From the NCBI GenBank assembly GCA_963575745.1, contig CAUYUJ010000015.1:496001-560000 (forward strand): a stretch of DNA of 64,000 nucleotides, read 5' to 3'. The DNA is from Prorocentrum cordatum. Taxonomy: Eukaryota. Positions 35,402-49,320 of this stretch are shown one piece after another (the first letter of the stretch is position 1; every line of letters starts with the position of its first letter). The translations under genes and the position numbers were made by a program. The notes under the pieces were generated by a model that saw nothing but the letters and a program-made list of their open reading frames with translations, did no database searches and was not told the DNA's origin.

Positions 35402-38400
35402 CTACGCGTAGCTGTACGTGGATAGCTCGAGGTAGAAGTCGCACGGGCTCACCGGATCGTCGAAGACTGCCGGGCGGGCGTCAACCGGTTCAAACTCACA
35501 GCGCCGCTGCCACCAGGTCACAAACGCCTCACTCCAGGGCGGCATGGAGGTTAGCTGAGACCCAGGACCACGGCAATGTAGTACTAGGGGCAGGTAGTCC
35601 CAGTCCCGCTCGTACCCGGGGAGCGACCTCTTCCAAGCGATACTGTTTGAACCGGGCTTTTAAGGCTGTCCTGGACAGGGAGCCCCGCGCGGGCACCAGC
35701 TCCGCGAAGTCTGGCACAGCGAAGCGTGCCATGATGTGCCGAACCTTAGAGACCCAGCCACCAGCCGGCGGCCGCGCGCAGGAGACTACGCGGGCATGAG
35801 CATACTCGGAGGGCTGGGCGCCCAGCTTCTGGAGCAAGATGGCCGCGATGACGGCGTGGGCCCACAAGGGGTCCCACCCAAGGTCAGCAATGTAGCGCTG
35901 CCAGGCGGCGCCTCGGGGCGCAGGGCGCCGGCCGCGCCATGGGCCATGCAGGACTGCATGGATCCAGCGGGCCTGCAGCCTGTTCAGACGTAGGCCGGCG
36001 CTACTGCACTCAACGGTGAGGGGGGGCAGGAAGGCGACTGCCGCGAGGGCACGCTCAAAGTAGAGTCGCCTCGCCGCCAGGGGCCATTGGCTCTGCAGTG
36101 CTCGTCGCACAACTCCCGTGGACATGGCGGCCGCGGCGCTCCAGCTGACGGAGCACCGCAGCTGCGCCACGAACGTCAGCCGATTCGCAGACCCCTAAAT
36201 TCTTGACCTGCCTAGCAACAGCCAGCGTACCCCCTTGGAGGGACCCCGACAACCGAGCCTGCAGTTCACGGCCGGCCACCTCGGGAACACCTTCCAGGTA
36301 GATCAAACTCTTGTCGGGATCGCACTGGAAGACCACGCCATGGGCGCGAGCATACCCGTGGGCCGCCTCGACGGCCAGGAGGGCAAGGTATGGGGGCGAT
36401 GTGCGAATCCGGGCATCATCGATGAAGAGATAGCAAGCTGGGATGTCACCCTGATCTGTCAAATCCAATAACATGAGCCTCTCAGCATCAGACGTGCAGT
36501 CAGCAAAGAGACGTTGAATGGGCGCCCAGGCTGCACTACTACGGAGCCCTGCCCGCTGCAAGGCCTGCAACATCACGCGCAGGCGCTCACCACGGACCAG
36601 CACGTCAGAGAGGTAGAAGGCGCACTGGGGCGAGAGGTTACCATCGGCGGTGGCCTGGTACGCGGCCACCGCCAAGGGGTGTGGGTCGCTGCAGGCTGCA
36701 GGGATTGTTGCCGCCATGAGATTTCCTCCAGATGGCGGGGGAGCAGAGTGTACGCCATGCCAGATATACCAACGCCTTGGACCATGCCTCCTCCCGTGTG
36801 CGCCACAGGCCCTAACAGTGAGGCAGGGCAGCCAGGCTCGGTGATGCGGACGAAAAGGCGGTGTTTTCGGAGAAGGGCATCTAGAAGCAACCAATCGCGG
36901 GAGCGCACCCCAGCACGATGCGCTTGAAGAAGAACTTGGGAATGCCACCCACCGTCATAGCCAAACCGGGCATCGACAACAAGGTCACACGTCGGCAGCC
37001 CGTGGTTGCGGCGGTGCACTGACCACTCACGGAGAATTATGATATGCCCCCGAGGGTCGCACCGCCCGCCCGTCTGCCCCGGCCCGGCCAGGCCAGCGAG
37101 GAAGGTCCCAACTCGGAGCTGAAGCACATCTACAATCAAGGCAAGGAGGGGCTCGACTAAGCCGATCGGCCTGTAGGATTCTACTGCCACAGGGTCCGTG
37201 CCCTTGCCCTTGTAGAGGTGGACCAACTCGACCTGGAGGAGACGGCCATCCAGATCGGCTAACAGCCAAGACAGGTCGATGAACGCGGCGACCGCATCGA
37301 CGGCCGCCGGAACACAGGACGCGCCGCGCAAGGAGGCAATAGGAAGCCGCACGGAGGCCTTGGATACGCGTCGGCGGCGCATCAAACGGCGCACCGTGCT
37401 GGGGGGTACGAACTGGCCGCGCGCCTCGAAGTCCTCTGGTGCTGCGAAGACGGCGGGCGGGTCCAAGCCGGCCTGCAGCGCCGAGCGTTTCCTTGTACGC
37501 AGCTGCTGGACCGCACGCTCGGCAGCCTGATCGGCTGCAAGGTCACACCTGCAATCGAGTCGACCAACCTGCGCGCGGAAGCGCAGTAGCGCTTCGGCCT
37601 AGTGTCTATCTGCAGGTGTGGAGCACGAGAGGAGAGCGACGAGGACAGCCACCGCTGAATGGCAGCCGGTCCGCGGCGGGCAGCCCGCGCAAAGCCGGGG
37701 GCAGTCACCCGGGATCCAGCCTGCCGTAGCTGGGCTTTGGGAACCCGCCATTGCTGCCGACCGCTTTCCCCCGCGTCCGCTTGTAGCCACGTGCGCTGCT
37801 CAGCCCGCAGTAGTGAGCTGCCCGGCGTCGCACCTCTAGCGCGCTTGCTCAGTGCCGCCGCCCCGCTGACATGCCCGGCTACGACGAGCAGGACAGTTAG
37901 AAGGCTCACGGCTGCTGCCGCAACAGCCTCGCGGAGTTGCACAACAGGATCGCGTGGCACCTGTGCGGATACTGCGCCCAGGACAGCCGTGTAGCGCGCC
38001 CAATGCGGCTGGCAAATCTCACACGCTCGTGCCCATGCCTTCTCATCCGCCCTCCAGCGAACCTGGGTGCACAGCCGGGGGCCACCCTGAGGCGTTACGG
38101 CCATCGGCTTGGTCGGGGGACGCACAAGGGCCAAGGCGTGGTCGGAAAACCAGTGTGGAAACCAATAGAGGGTAACCTGCTTGGTGCACTCTTGCGCTGT
38201 GATGTGGAGGTCCAGGGCGCCCCCAGCCCGGTGCGTGGCAGGGCTCCACAGTGCATGGAGATGGCGCGCAAGGAGTTCCGTGCGGAACCATTTCGCCGTG
38301 GCGGCGTGCGGGGAGTTAGGCTGCGCGAGCTTTCCCGGTCCATCCGCAGTGCCACGCAAATTGAAGTCGCCCAGGGTCCACGCGGGGCCCTTTACGGAGA

Positions 38401-39187
38401 AGGGTTGCATGGCTAAGTGGCTGTCCAAGACCTTCCGCAGGAACACCTGGGAGTCGTTGGCAGACCACTTCCCAACGTGAGGGTGATAGACTGCCTGAAA
38501 GCAGCAGCCACACAGCCGCATGGCCCTGCAGCGCGGGGACCACTCAGGACAGCCGGGAACAGGAGTGGCATGCTCCACGAGCCCCTCTGCGACTAAGAAC
38601 CCGGCAGATCCACAATCACGGCGCAGGCTACCAATCCACCTGTAGCCATGGGCACCTTGGAGGGGCCCAGGGACGAGTCCCGCCGCAAGACCAGTGACGG
38701 CGCAGACCTGAACACCTTGGGCGAGCAGATGTTGGCACATAATCTGCACATTCTGATATGTGGCCGGGGTGAGCTCCCACCACCCAAAAGTCGCCACTGT
38801 CAGAAGCTGTTCCCCAACGGGGCTAGGCGAGCGCCCGGGTGGGGGCCACGCTGGTTTGTGGTAGGGTACAGAACTGTTCGACGTAAGGTTGCGCGGGGCC
38901 AGTGGCGCCCCTTCCCGCACCAGCTCGGCCAAGGCCCGTCGCCACATATTTATGCAATGTGTCAGCTGTGCCGGGGCAGCAGGGCCGCATTGCTCCAGGC
39001 GCGAGCAATCGGACTGGAGTCTCGGCAGGAGACTCTTGGCGTCCACGAGCCACGCCGCGGCGAGAGAGGGGCTCGCGCGAGCGCGATCGGCGAAAACTTG
39101 GCAAAGCCGTTGCAGCAGCGCGCGCAGTTCCACCGGGAGGGCAACACTATGGACAGGGGGCTCCACGGCGCCCGGGGTGGCTCGCAA
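35402..39187 (-). pseudogene. APE endonuclease-reverse transcriptase polyprotein (frameshifted), copy 1
   Basis: Endonuclease motifs LGDFN, GGALDL and FSDHAL; RT motifs KGKG..SYRPIGL, DARFGYD, GMVQG and LFIDD. Confidence 0.88.
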
Positions 39188-39480
39188 GGAGGGGAGGGGG
39201 AGGGACAGAAGGGGAAGGAGAGGACGAAGGGATCAACTAATCGCGGGCCAGGGCCGGCGCTCCCGGCGCAGAACCAATGGCTCCGGATTCCGCACCGCTA
39301 CACATCACAGCGCAGCACAACACGGCGGGGCCGCACGCGTGCGTGTGCGTGGCAGCACATCACAGCACACCACAGCACAACACAGCACAGCACAACACAA
39401 CACAGCACAGCACAACACAGCACATCACAACACAGCACAGCACATCACAGCACATCACAGCACACGTCGCCTGACGTGCG

Positions 39481-41487
<2,007 letters not shown>

Positions 41488-43158
41488 TTCATACGTTATC
41501 CGCCTAATGCGGGACGCCGTATCTTCACACCGTCTCAACCCAAACCGCGCGCCAAGGCAAACGATGCAGGCGGCGGTGGGTGAGGGGGAAGGACGCGGGT
41601 GGGGCACGGTCCGCTGTGCAGCCACCCAACACCAGAATACGCACCCCGCACGCCGTTCTCGAAAGCACCCAACCGCCAGGACCAGCCCCTTCCCCGCACT
41701 GGTGGAGCCAACCAACGCACAAACACACGCGACGCAAGACAACCACGGGGCTGCAGCCGGCGCTGTGTGCAGCCCGTGCTGTGTGCGCGCTGTCTCGGCG
41801 TGGAAAGCTGTCAGTCGGTTCCGGGCGGCGTGATGGGGCGCACCTGCACCGCGCGGTTCCGCACAAGGCTCACGGGAGCATGTGGGAACGCGGGTGGGCG
41901 AGAGCGCGTGTTTGAGCCACCCATGTGCGTGTGTGTGTGTGTGTGTGCACAGCCAAGCCATCACACCTGAACGTGGGGCGCCCCACACTACCACGACGAG
42001 GAGGGGGAGCAGGGCACACATCACAGCACAGCGCATCACAGCCACACGCCGCCAAGCGTGTGTGTGTGTGTGCGTGTGTGTGTGGCGAAGGGTTTTTTTT
42101 TCTCGTGCGACGGCGACGACACTCCGCGCCCCGCGAGCGCCGCGGCAGCAGCTGGGCAAGGGCACCATTGGTCCACGCCGCGAGGAGAGGGGGAGGCGAG
42201 GGGGGGAACGGGAAACGGCGGAGGATCGCTCCCGCTGGTCAGCGGTGGCGCGGCCCTGCACGCGACGGCAGGACAAGCGGCGCTGCGGCGGGCCCTCCAG
42301 CCATCGGGAAAGCCAACTTCAACGGGGACAGGAAGGAAGGACGGTCTTCGCCGACGCGGTGCGCCGGCCGCATGGCCAGAGGCACCGGGCGTGCCCTCAC
42401 ACAAACGCACTATGCAAGGGCTCCCTCGAGGGCGCGAAGTTATTCGCGCTTCGCGCTTCGCGGTCCTCGTTCCTCCTCCCCCTCCTCCTCGTCCTCCTAT
42501 TCTCCCTTTGGGAGGGCGGCGCGAGAGCGCGAAGTTATTCGCGCTTCGCGGAGCGCGAAGCGCGAAGCTGGGAGCCCTAGACTATGCCGGGGGTGGGCCG
42601 ACATCTGCTGAGGATGGGCTGGCACGCCCTACGCAACATGGGATCACAGACGCACGTGCGAGCGGTGTGGCACAGAGCGGTCAGAAAGATGTAGTATGCA
42701 GCTGCACCAGGAGGCACCCAAGGACACGAATTCGCAGCAAAACGTATCATTAACCTCGGACCTGTGTGCTCCCGTGCGGGGTCACGGCCGAGATACGCCA
42801 AAACTTCACTACCCAATTCGGGCAGCCACGGAGAGAGGAAGAGGAGGAGGGAAGAGGAGAGGGCAGGAGGGGGCAGCGGGGCACGCGGTGGCAGCAGCGC
42901 AATGCTGCACGCTCCGCCGATGCTGCAACAAAAAAAACGAATCCGTCGTAACGCCAGCCGGCCCCGACGACGCGACGGGAGACACCGGCGTCGTCGTAAC
43001 GCCCGCTCGCGGCGAGACGTCAGCAGGGGTACACCAAAACTACACTGCCCAATCCAGGCAGCCATAGGGGGAGGCAGAGGGGGAGGAAGAGGGAGGGCAA
43101 GGGGAGCGTCGCGAGGCACGCGGTGCCAGCGCTACGGCCTCAATCCACCCAGGGCACC

Positions 43159-44966
43159 TCACGAGGTCTGCAGCAGCGCCACCGCGATCTGTTTCGGCAT
43201 GCGGCCGCGGTGGAAGCCTGCCATGTCAACCACCGGGTTATAGATCGGGAACCCCAGTGCCAGGCGTGCGGTGAGCTCCGGACCACCGCCGGGGGTGGAT
43301 ATGCGTTTGTCTCTGCACATCCAGATCACCGTCCCCAGCGGGGTGCGGACGACCTCTTGGCCAGGGGTCCCCACACCCGCGCTGGAGTTGGCCAGGCCCG
43401 CGAACTCGGTGAAGCCGTAGAGCTCCTGGACGTAGAAGCCCACACTGGCCAGTGCCATCCACCACAGCCACCTCGACTCCCTCCTGTCGGCGCCGGCCGG
43501 CGGCACGAATTTCAGGATGGTCATGCCCTGGGAGGGGTCCGGCCTCTGGGCCTGGGGGGCCCAGGCCTGCGCGAGCATCCTCGGGTCCGACGGCGGATGC
43601 TTCGCGCGGAGGTCGGCGAAATCGATCTCCTGCCACCCCTCAACCTGGCGCGTCTGGCTCCTTGGCTGCCTCGGCGGCCGCTGCTGCCCCCGGGAGCGCA
43701 CGCCATCGCGGCCGGGGGTTGGGGCGCCGCTGCCCTGCCCGGGCCCTGCCCAGAACGCCTCGGACGTAGGTGGCGCTGGCACCATGGGTGCCCCTGTGCT
43801 CACGGGCATCGGTGGGGTGGCAGGCCGCGAGGCTGCTGGGGACGCCTGGCACCACATGGGGAGTGCCGCTGTCGCCTCCGGGTGCGCTGCCAGGAAGAGT
43901 CCGAAAGTGCCAGCGTTGCCGAGGTAGTACACGTTCATGTTACCGCCGAGGGCGGCAAACTTCTCGAGGTCCGGGGTGGCTGCCGGGCCCTCCCCGAGGA
44001 GGAACGTCAGTCCATGTGTGGCGCCGGCCGCAGTTGGCTGGCCCTGGGTGGCGAGCTGGCCGGCTGCTTTCTGGAGCGCCGCCATGCGGGCCGCCTGCGA
44101 CCCGGAGAGGGTGAGGAGCTCGTTAGCAAGGCTGCTAATGGTGGCTGGAGGGGCCGCGTGAAGCTGAATGGCGAGGTCCGCAATAGTGCTCTGGTTCGGG
44201 CCGGCTGCGTCCTGGCCAACCGGAATGGCACACTCGGCCTGCGCGGCCGGCTCCGGCCCAGGCATGGCCATGCCAGGGGCATCCCAGCGGCTCTGCCGGC
44301 AGCGGGGCGGGCTGCGGCTACGCGGAGCCGGTGCGTCAGCCGCGACGCTCGTAACCGGCCATTCCCATTGAGTTTTGCCCATGCCCGTGTTGTAGTAGTA
44401 GGTGTAGCCGCTATTCGGGTCAACGCCGCCGCCCAGCCTGCGGGTAGGCCCACGGCCGCGGCCGGCATCGGCGATGGCGCAGGGCCCGGTAGGTGCTCAG
44501 CCAGGGCGGTCAGGGTTGCCAAGGGTGTGGTGGCTGGGAGTGTCGCCGCCGGGTCGCGGGACGGGAACTCGCGAGCGCGATCCTTGGCCAGCGCCTGTGC
44601 GAGGGCGGGGATCGGAATCTGCGTTCCGCTCGACCCGGCCCGGTAGCTCGCCACCCGGCGCTGCAGGACGTAGGTCATCAGGTACCGGACTGCCAGCAGA
44701 TGGCCTGGCCACCGCTGGCGGGCCCCCGTGGCGGAGCCTTCCCATGAGAGGGGCTGCCCGTCCGGCCGGCGAAGGAGGGCCATCAACGCCTTGGTGGCCG
44801 GAACTGGGGCCACAGGCAGCCGAGGCTTCTGGGCGAAGCGTGCTCTCATGGCCTGCGCAACCTCGAGCGCATGGGAGACGTCGAGCTGGAGGCCCTTTCT
44901 CTCGACCAGCTCCCGGATCTTCGCTGCGTTGCCCTCGAACGTGAGGTTGACATCGTCAGCCGCCAT
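43159..44966 (-). CDS. WW-domain protein, copy 2 (frameshift within the WW domain near 44430)
   Basis: MAADDVNLTF..., LPAGW then YYYNTGMGKTQWEWP across the frameshift; C-terminal SAGVGTPGQEVVRTPLGT is identical to copy 1. Confidence 0.8.
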
Positions 44967-45550
44967 GCCGGATGGATGCTGGTGACAGGAGTTGGGCCTG
45001 GGAGAGCGCGCACTGCGGGCCAGGTTCCACCTGGGCCAAGGAGCTGCGTAGGGCTGCGCGGGGGTGCACGCGACGTCGTACTGCACAGCGCGCTGCAGCC
45101 ACCGACGGGTGCATGCGTGTGGGCGACGCGCGAGGGAAACGAGGAAGGCGGAGGGGAGGGACGGAGGGAGGAGGAGGGAGGCAAAGGGCGAGCCAGGGCA
45201 AGGGGAAAGGCCAGGCAGGAGGCAGAGGGGAGGAAAAGAGAGAGAGAGGGAAGAAAGGGAGAGGGGAGGAGCACGGCGCCACGCCGCACCGCACAGCGCA
45301 ACACAGCCAGCGACAGGTGTGTGCGTGTGGGCAGGCGTGCGCGGGACTGTTTCTTCCACAATGCCGACATGGAAGCTGCACGGGCTCAGCCAAAACGATG
45401 GGCGACGGCACTGGCTGGGCGCACGAACGCCTACAGAGAAGAACATCGAGTACCAGGAGGCAGGGGGAAGAGAGAGGCAGCGTGACGCAGGCTAAGGATG
45501 CTAGGGGTGCAGGGGCGCCAGCAGCGCGTGGGTGCCTATGGTGATCGTCC

Positions 45551-48500
45551 CTACCCGAATCTGTAGGTCGATAGCTTGAGGTAGGAGTCCTGTGGGCACA
45601 CAGGGTCATCGAAGACCGCTGGCCGGGCGTCAGCAGGCTCGTATTCGCATCGCCGCTGCCACCAGGCGGCGAAAGCCTCGCCCCAGGGCGGCGTGGAGAG
45701 GTTAGCGGAGATCCAGGCCCATGGCAGCGCGGCATCAGGGACGGACTTCCCCAGGCCCTCCCGTACCCGGGTGGCCACCTCCGCCAAGCGGTAGTGGCGA
45801 AACTTCGCTTTGAGGGCGCTGCGGGGCAGCGACTCCCACTCGGGGACAATATCGGCGAACGGCGGCACGGCGAAGCGCGCCATGAGGTGCCGCACCTTGG
45901 ACACCCAACCACCTGCCGGCGGCTGCGTGTCGGAGACCACGCGAACGTGGGCATAGTCGGGCGGCTGAGCCCCCAGTTTTTGGTGCAGGAGGATCGCTGA
46001 GATGACAGCGTGGGACCAAAGAGAGTCCCAGCCAAGGTCCGCGAGGTAGCGCTTCCGAACCGCGCCTACGGGAGCAGGGCGTCGGCCGCGCCACGGGCCG
46101 TGTACGACCGCATGGATCCATCGGGACTGCAGCCTATTGAGTCGCAGGGCAGCGCTGCTGCATTCAATGGTGAGGGGCAGCAGGAAGGCGACAGTCATGA
46201 GGGCCCGCGCATAGAAAAGCCGCCGCGCCGCCAGGGGCCATTGGCTCTGGAGGGCGCGGTGGTTGATCCCGCTGGACAACGTGGCCGCCCTGCAACACCA
46301 GCTGGCGTAGGACGGCGGCGGCGCCGCTAATACCCGCAGACTCCTGCACGCCGAGGTTTTTGACCTGCTGTGTGACCGCCAGCGTGCCCTCCTGGAGTGC
46401 ACCTTCCAACCGTGCTTGGAGAGCGGAGCGGGCAGCGTCAGGAACCCCGTCGACGTAGACCACATTCTTGTCGGAATCGCACTGGAAGACGACCCCGTGG
46501 TTGGTGGCGTAACTATGGACCGCAGCGACGGCCTGGAGGACAAGGGATGGGGATGACGTGCGGACCCTCGCATCATCGACGAAGAGGTGCGTGGCGGGGA
46601 TATCGCCCTGCTCGGACAAATCGAGGAGCATGAGCCGCTCGGCGTCGGATTGGCAACGCTTGAACAACTCGTCGACGATTGCTTGGGCGCTGCGCCCGAG
46701 CCTACCGCCGAGCGACGTCCGCAGGGCCGCCCGCATGCGCTCACCCCGCACCAATACGTCAGGGATGGAGAAGTCCCGCCAGGGCGAGAGATCGCCGTCC
46801 GCCGCGTCCTTGAACGCGACCAGAGCAGCCGGGTGCGGATGGAGGCATGGCGCCGGAACGATTGCTGCTACGGCTTCTTCCAGGTGGCGTGGGAGCAGGG
46901 TGTAGGCCATGCCCGATATGCCGACGCCCTGGACCATGCCGCCGCCCGTGTGCTCCACCGGGCCCAACCATGACGCCGGGCGGCCAGGGTCGGCGATGCG
47001 GACGAATAAGCGGTGCTTGCGAAGAAGGGCGTCCAGCAACAGCCAGTCACGTCGGCGGGTACCCGCACGATGAGCCTGTAGGAGCACCTGGGAGTGGCGT
47101 CCGCCATCATAGCCGAAACGAGCGCCCACCACCAGGTCGCACGTTGGGAGCCCAAGATTACGGCGGGCAACGGACCACTCCCGTAGAACGACAACCTGCC
47201 CCCTAGGGTCGCACCTCCCGCCGGTTTGCGCGGGGCCTGCAAGACCGATGAGGAAGGGGCCGATGCGAAGCTGGAGAACATCCACGACTAAGGATAGGAG
47301 CGGCTCAACAAGGCCGATTGGCCGAGAAGACTCGATGGTTTCGGGGCCCTTGCCCTTGCCCTTGTACAGGTGGACGACTTCGACCTCCAGTAACAGCGCG
47401 TCCAATTCTGACACCTGCCACGTCAGGTCGAGGAACGAGGTGACCGCCTCGACAGCAGCAGGTATGCGGGACGCCCCACGCAGGGCGGTCACGGGAAGCC
47501 GGGCGGAGCCTTTGGCCGCACAGCGCCGTCGCATCAGGCGCTGCACCGTGCTCGGTAATACGAAGAGGCCGCTGCTCCCAAGATCCGCCTGTGCGGCGAC
47601 GGCTGCAGGAGGGTCGAGCCCCGCGGCAACCGCGGAGCGCTTTCGCGTGCGCAGTTGGTTCACCGAATGCGCCACTGCTGCATCCAGGGACGAGTTGCAC
47701 CTACGGTCTAGGCGGCCGATTTGCGCCCGAAAGCGCAAGAGCGCTTGAGCCTTGGCTCGGGAGTCGATCAGGAGCTTGGGAGCCGGCGTCGACAGCGACG
47801 AGGACAGCCAGCGCCGGAGGGCGGCCAGCCCACGGCGAGCCGCCCGCGCGAAGCCTTTGGGGGCCGTCCGAGACTCGGCCGACCGCAGGTGCGCTTTGGG
47901 CACTCTCCACTGCTTCAGACTGGAGGGCCCCGAACCCTGCCGTAGCAAAGCACGCTGCTGGCTGAGGAGCGCGCCGCCGGGCCCGGCAGTCCCGGCCGGC
48001 CTGCCCACGGCAACCGCTCCGCCGAGATGCCCGGCGGTGACCAGCACAGCGACTAAGAGGCTCACAGCCGCGCCAGCTACGGCCTCGCGGAGCGCACTGG
48101 CAGCCCCGTCGCGTAGATGGGAGGAAGCTGCGCGAACGACAGTCGCGCACCGGTGCCAGCGGGAGTGGCAAGGCGCGCACGCCTGCTCCCACGTGGCCTC
48201 GTCGGCCGCCCACCATACAGAACAGCACTGCTGCGGAGTGTCCTGGGACGTGGGGGGCGGCTGCGTGGTCAGGGGGCGCTCCAAGACCAAGGCGTGGTCG
48301 GCGAACGAGGTGGGAAGCCAGCGGGGGGTGACCTGTCCACAATACTCCAGCGCGGTGATGTGGAGGTCCAAGGCCCCCCCCCGCTCTGTGCGTGGCTGGG
48401 CCCCATAGGGCCTGGAGATGCCGCGCAAGGAGTTCCCCTTTGAACCATCTGGACATGGCGGCGCGAGGGGAACCAGGTTGCGCAAGCGCACCCGGGCCAT

Positions 48501-48635
48501 CCGCAACGTCGCGCAGATTGAAATCGCCCATGGTCAACGCGAAGCCCTCGCTGGAGAGGGATTGCATGGTTAGGTGGTTGTCCAGGACCAGCCGCAGGAA
48601 GGCGTGGGATTCGCTGGCCAAACACTTCCCGACAT
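45551..48635 (-). pseudogene. APE-RT polyprotein (truncated, frameshifted), copy 2
   Basis: MGDFN, GGALDL, FADHAL, RPIGL, GMVQG and LFVDD. Confidence 0.88.
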
Positions 48636-49150
48636 GAGTGTGTGTGTGTGTATGTGTGTGCGCGTGGGTGTGTGAATGTGTGTGTGTGAATGTGTGTGTG
48701 AATGTGTGTGTGAATGTGTGTGTGTGTGCGTGTGTGTGTGTGGGTGCGTGTGCGTGCGTGTGCGTGCGTGCGCGTGCGTGTGTGTGCGTGCGTGTGCGTG
48801 TGCGTGTGCGTGTGTGCGTGTGTGTGCGTGTGTGTGCGTGTGTGTGTGTGCGTGTGCGCGTGCGTGTGCGTGTGCGTGTGCGTGTGCGTGTGCGTGCGCG
48901 TGTGCGTGCGCGTGCGCGTGTGCGCGTGCGCGTGCGTGTGCGTGTGCGTGTGCGTTTGCGCGTGCGTGTGCGTGCGTGCGTGTGTGTGCGTGTGTGTGTG
49001 CGTGTGCGTGTGCGTGTGTGTGTGTGTGCGCGTGTGTGTGTATGTGTGTGTGCGTGTGTGTGTGTGCGTGTATGTGCGTGTGTGCGTGTGTGTGTGTGCT
49101 GTGTGTGCGTGTGTGCGTGTGTGCGTGTGTGCGTGCGTGCGGGCGCGCCG

Positions 49151-49215
<65 letters not shown>

Positions 49216-49229
49216 GCGTGCGCGTGCGA

Positions 49230-49320
<91 letters not shown>

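Larger units (their letters stand above)
29825..39480 (-). mobile_element. Atypical non-LTR retroelement, copy 1: APE-RT, then WW-domain gene, then 3' block
   Basis: Colinear with 41490-48635 and bounded by (TG)n tracts. Confidence 0.75.
41490..48635 (-). mobile_element. Atypical non-LTR retroelement, copy 2, 5'-truncated within the endonuclease
   Basis: Begins at HVGKCLASESHAFLR, which corresponds to HVGKWSANDSQVFLR of copy 1, directly next to the microsatellite; block 41510-41920 matches 29850-30235. Confidence 0.75.
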
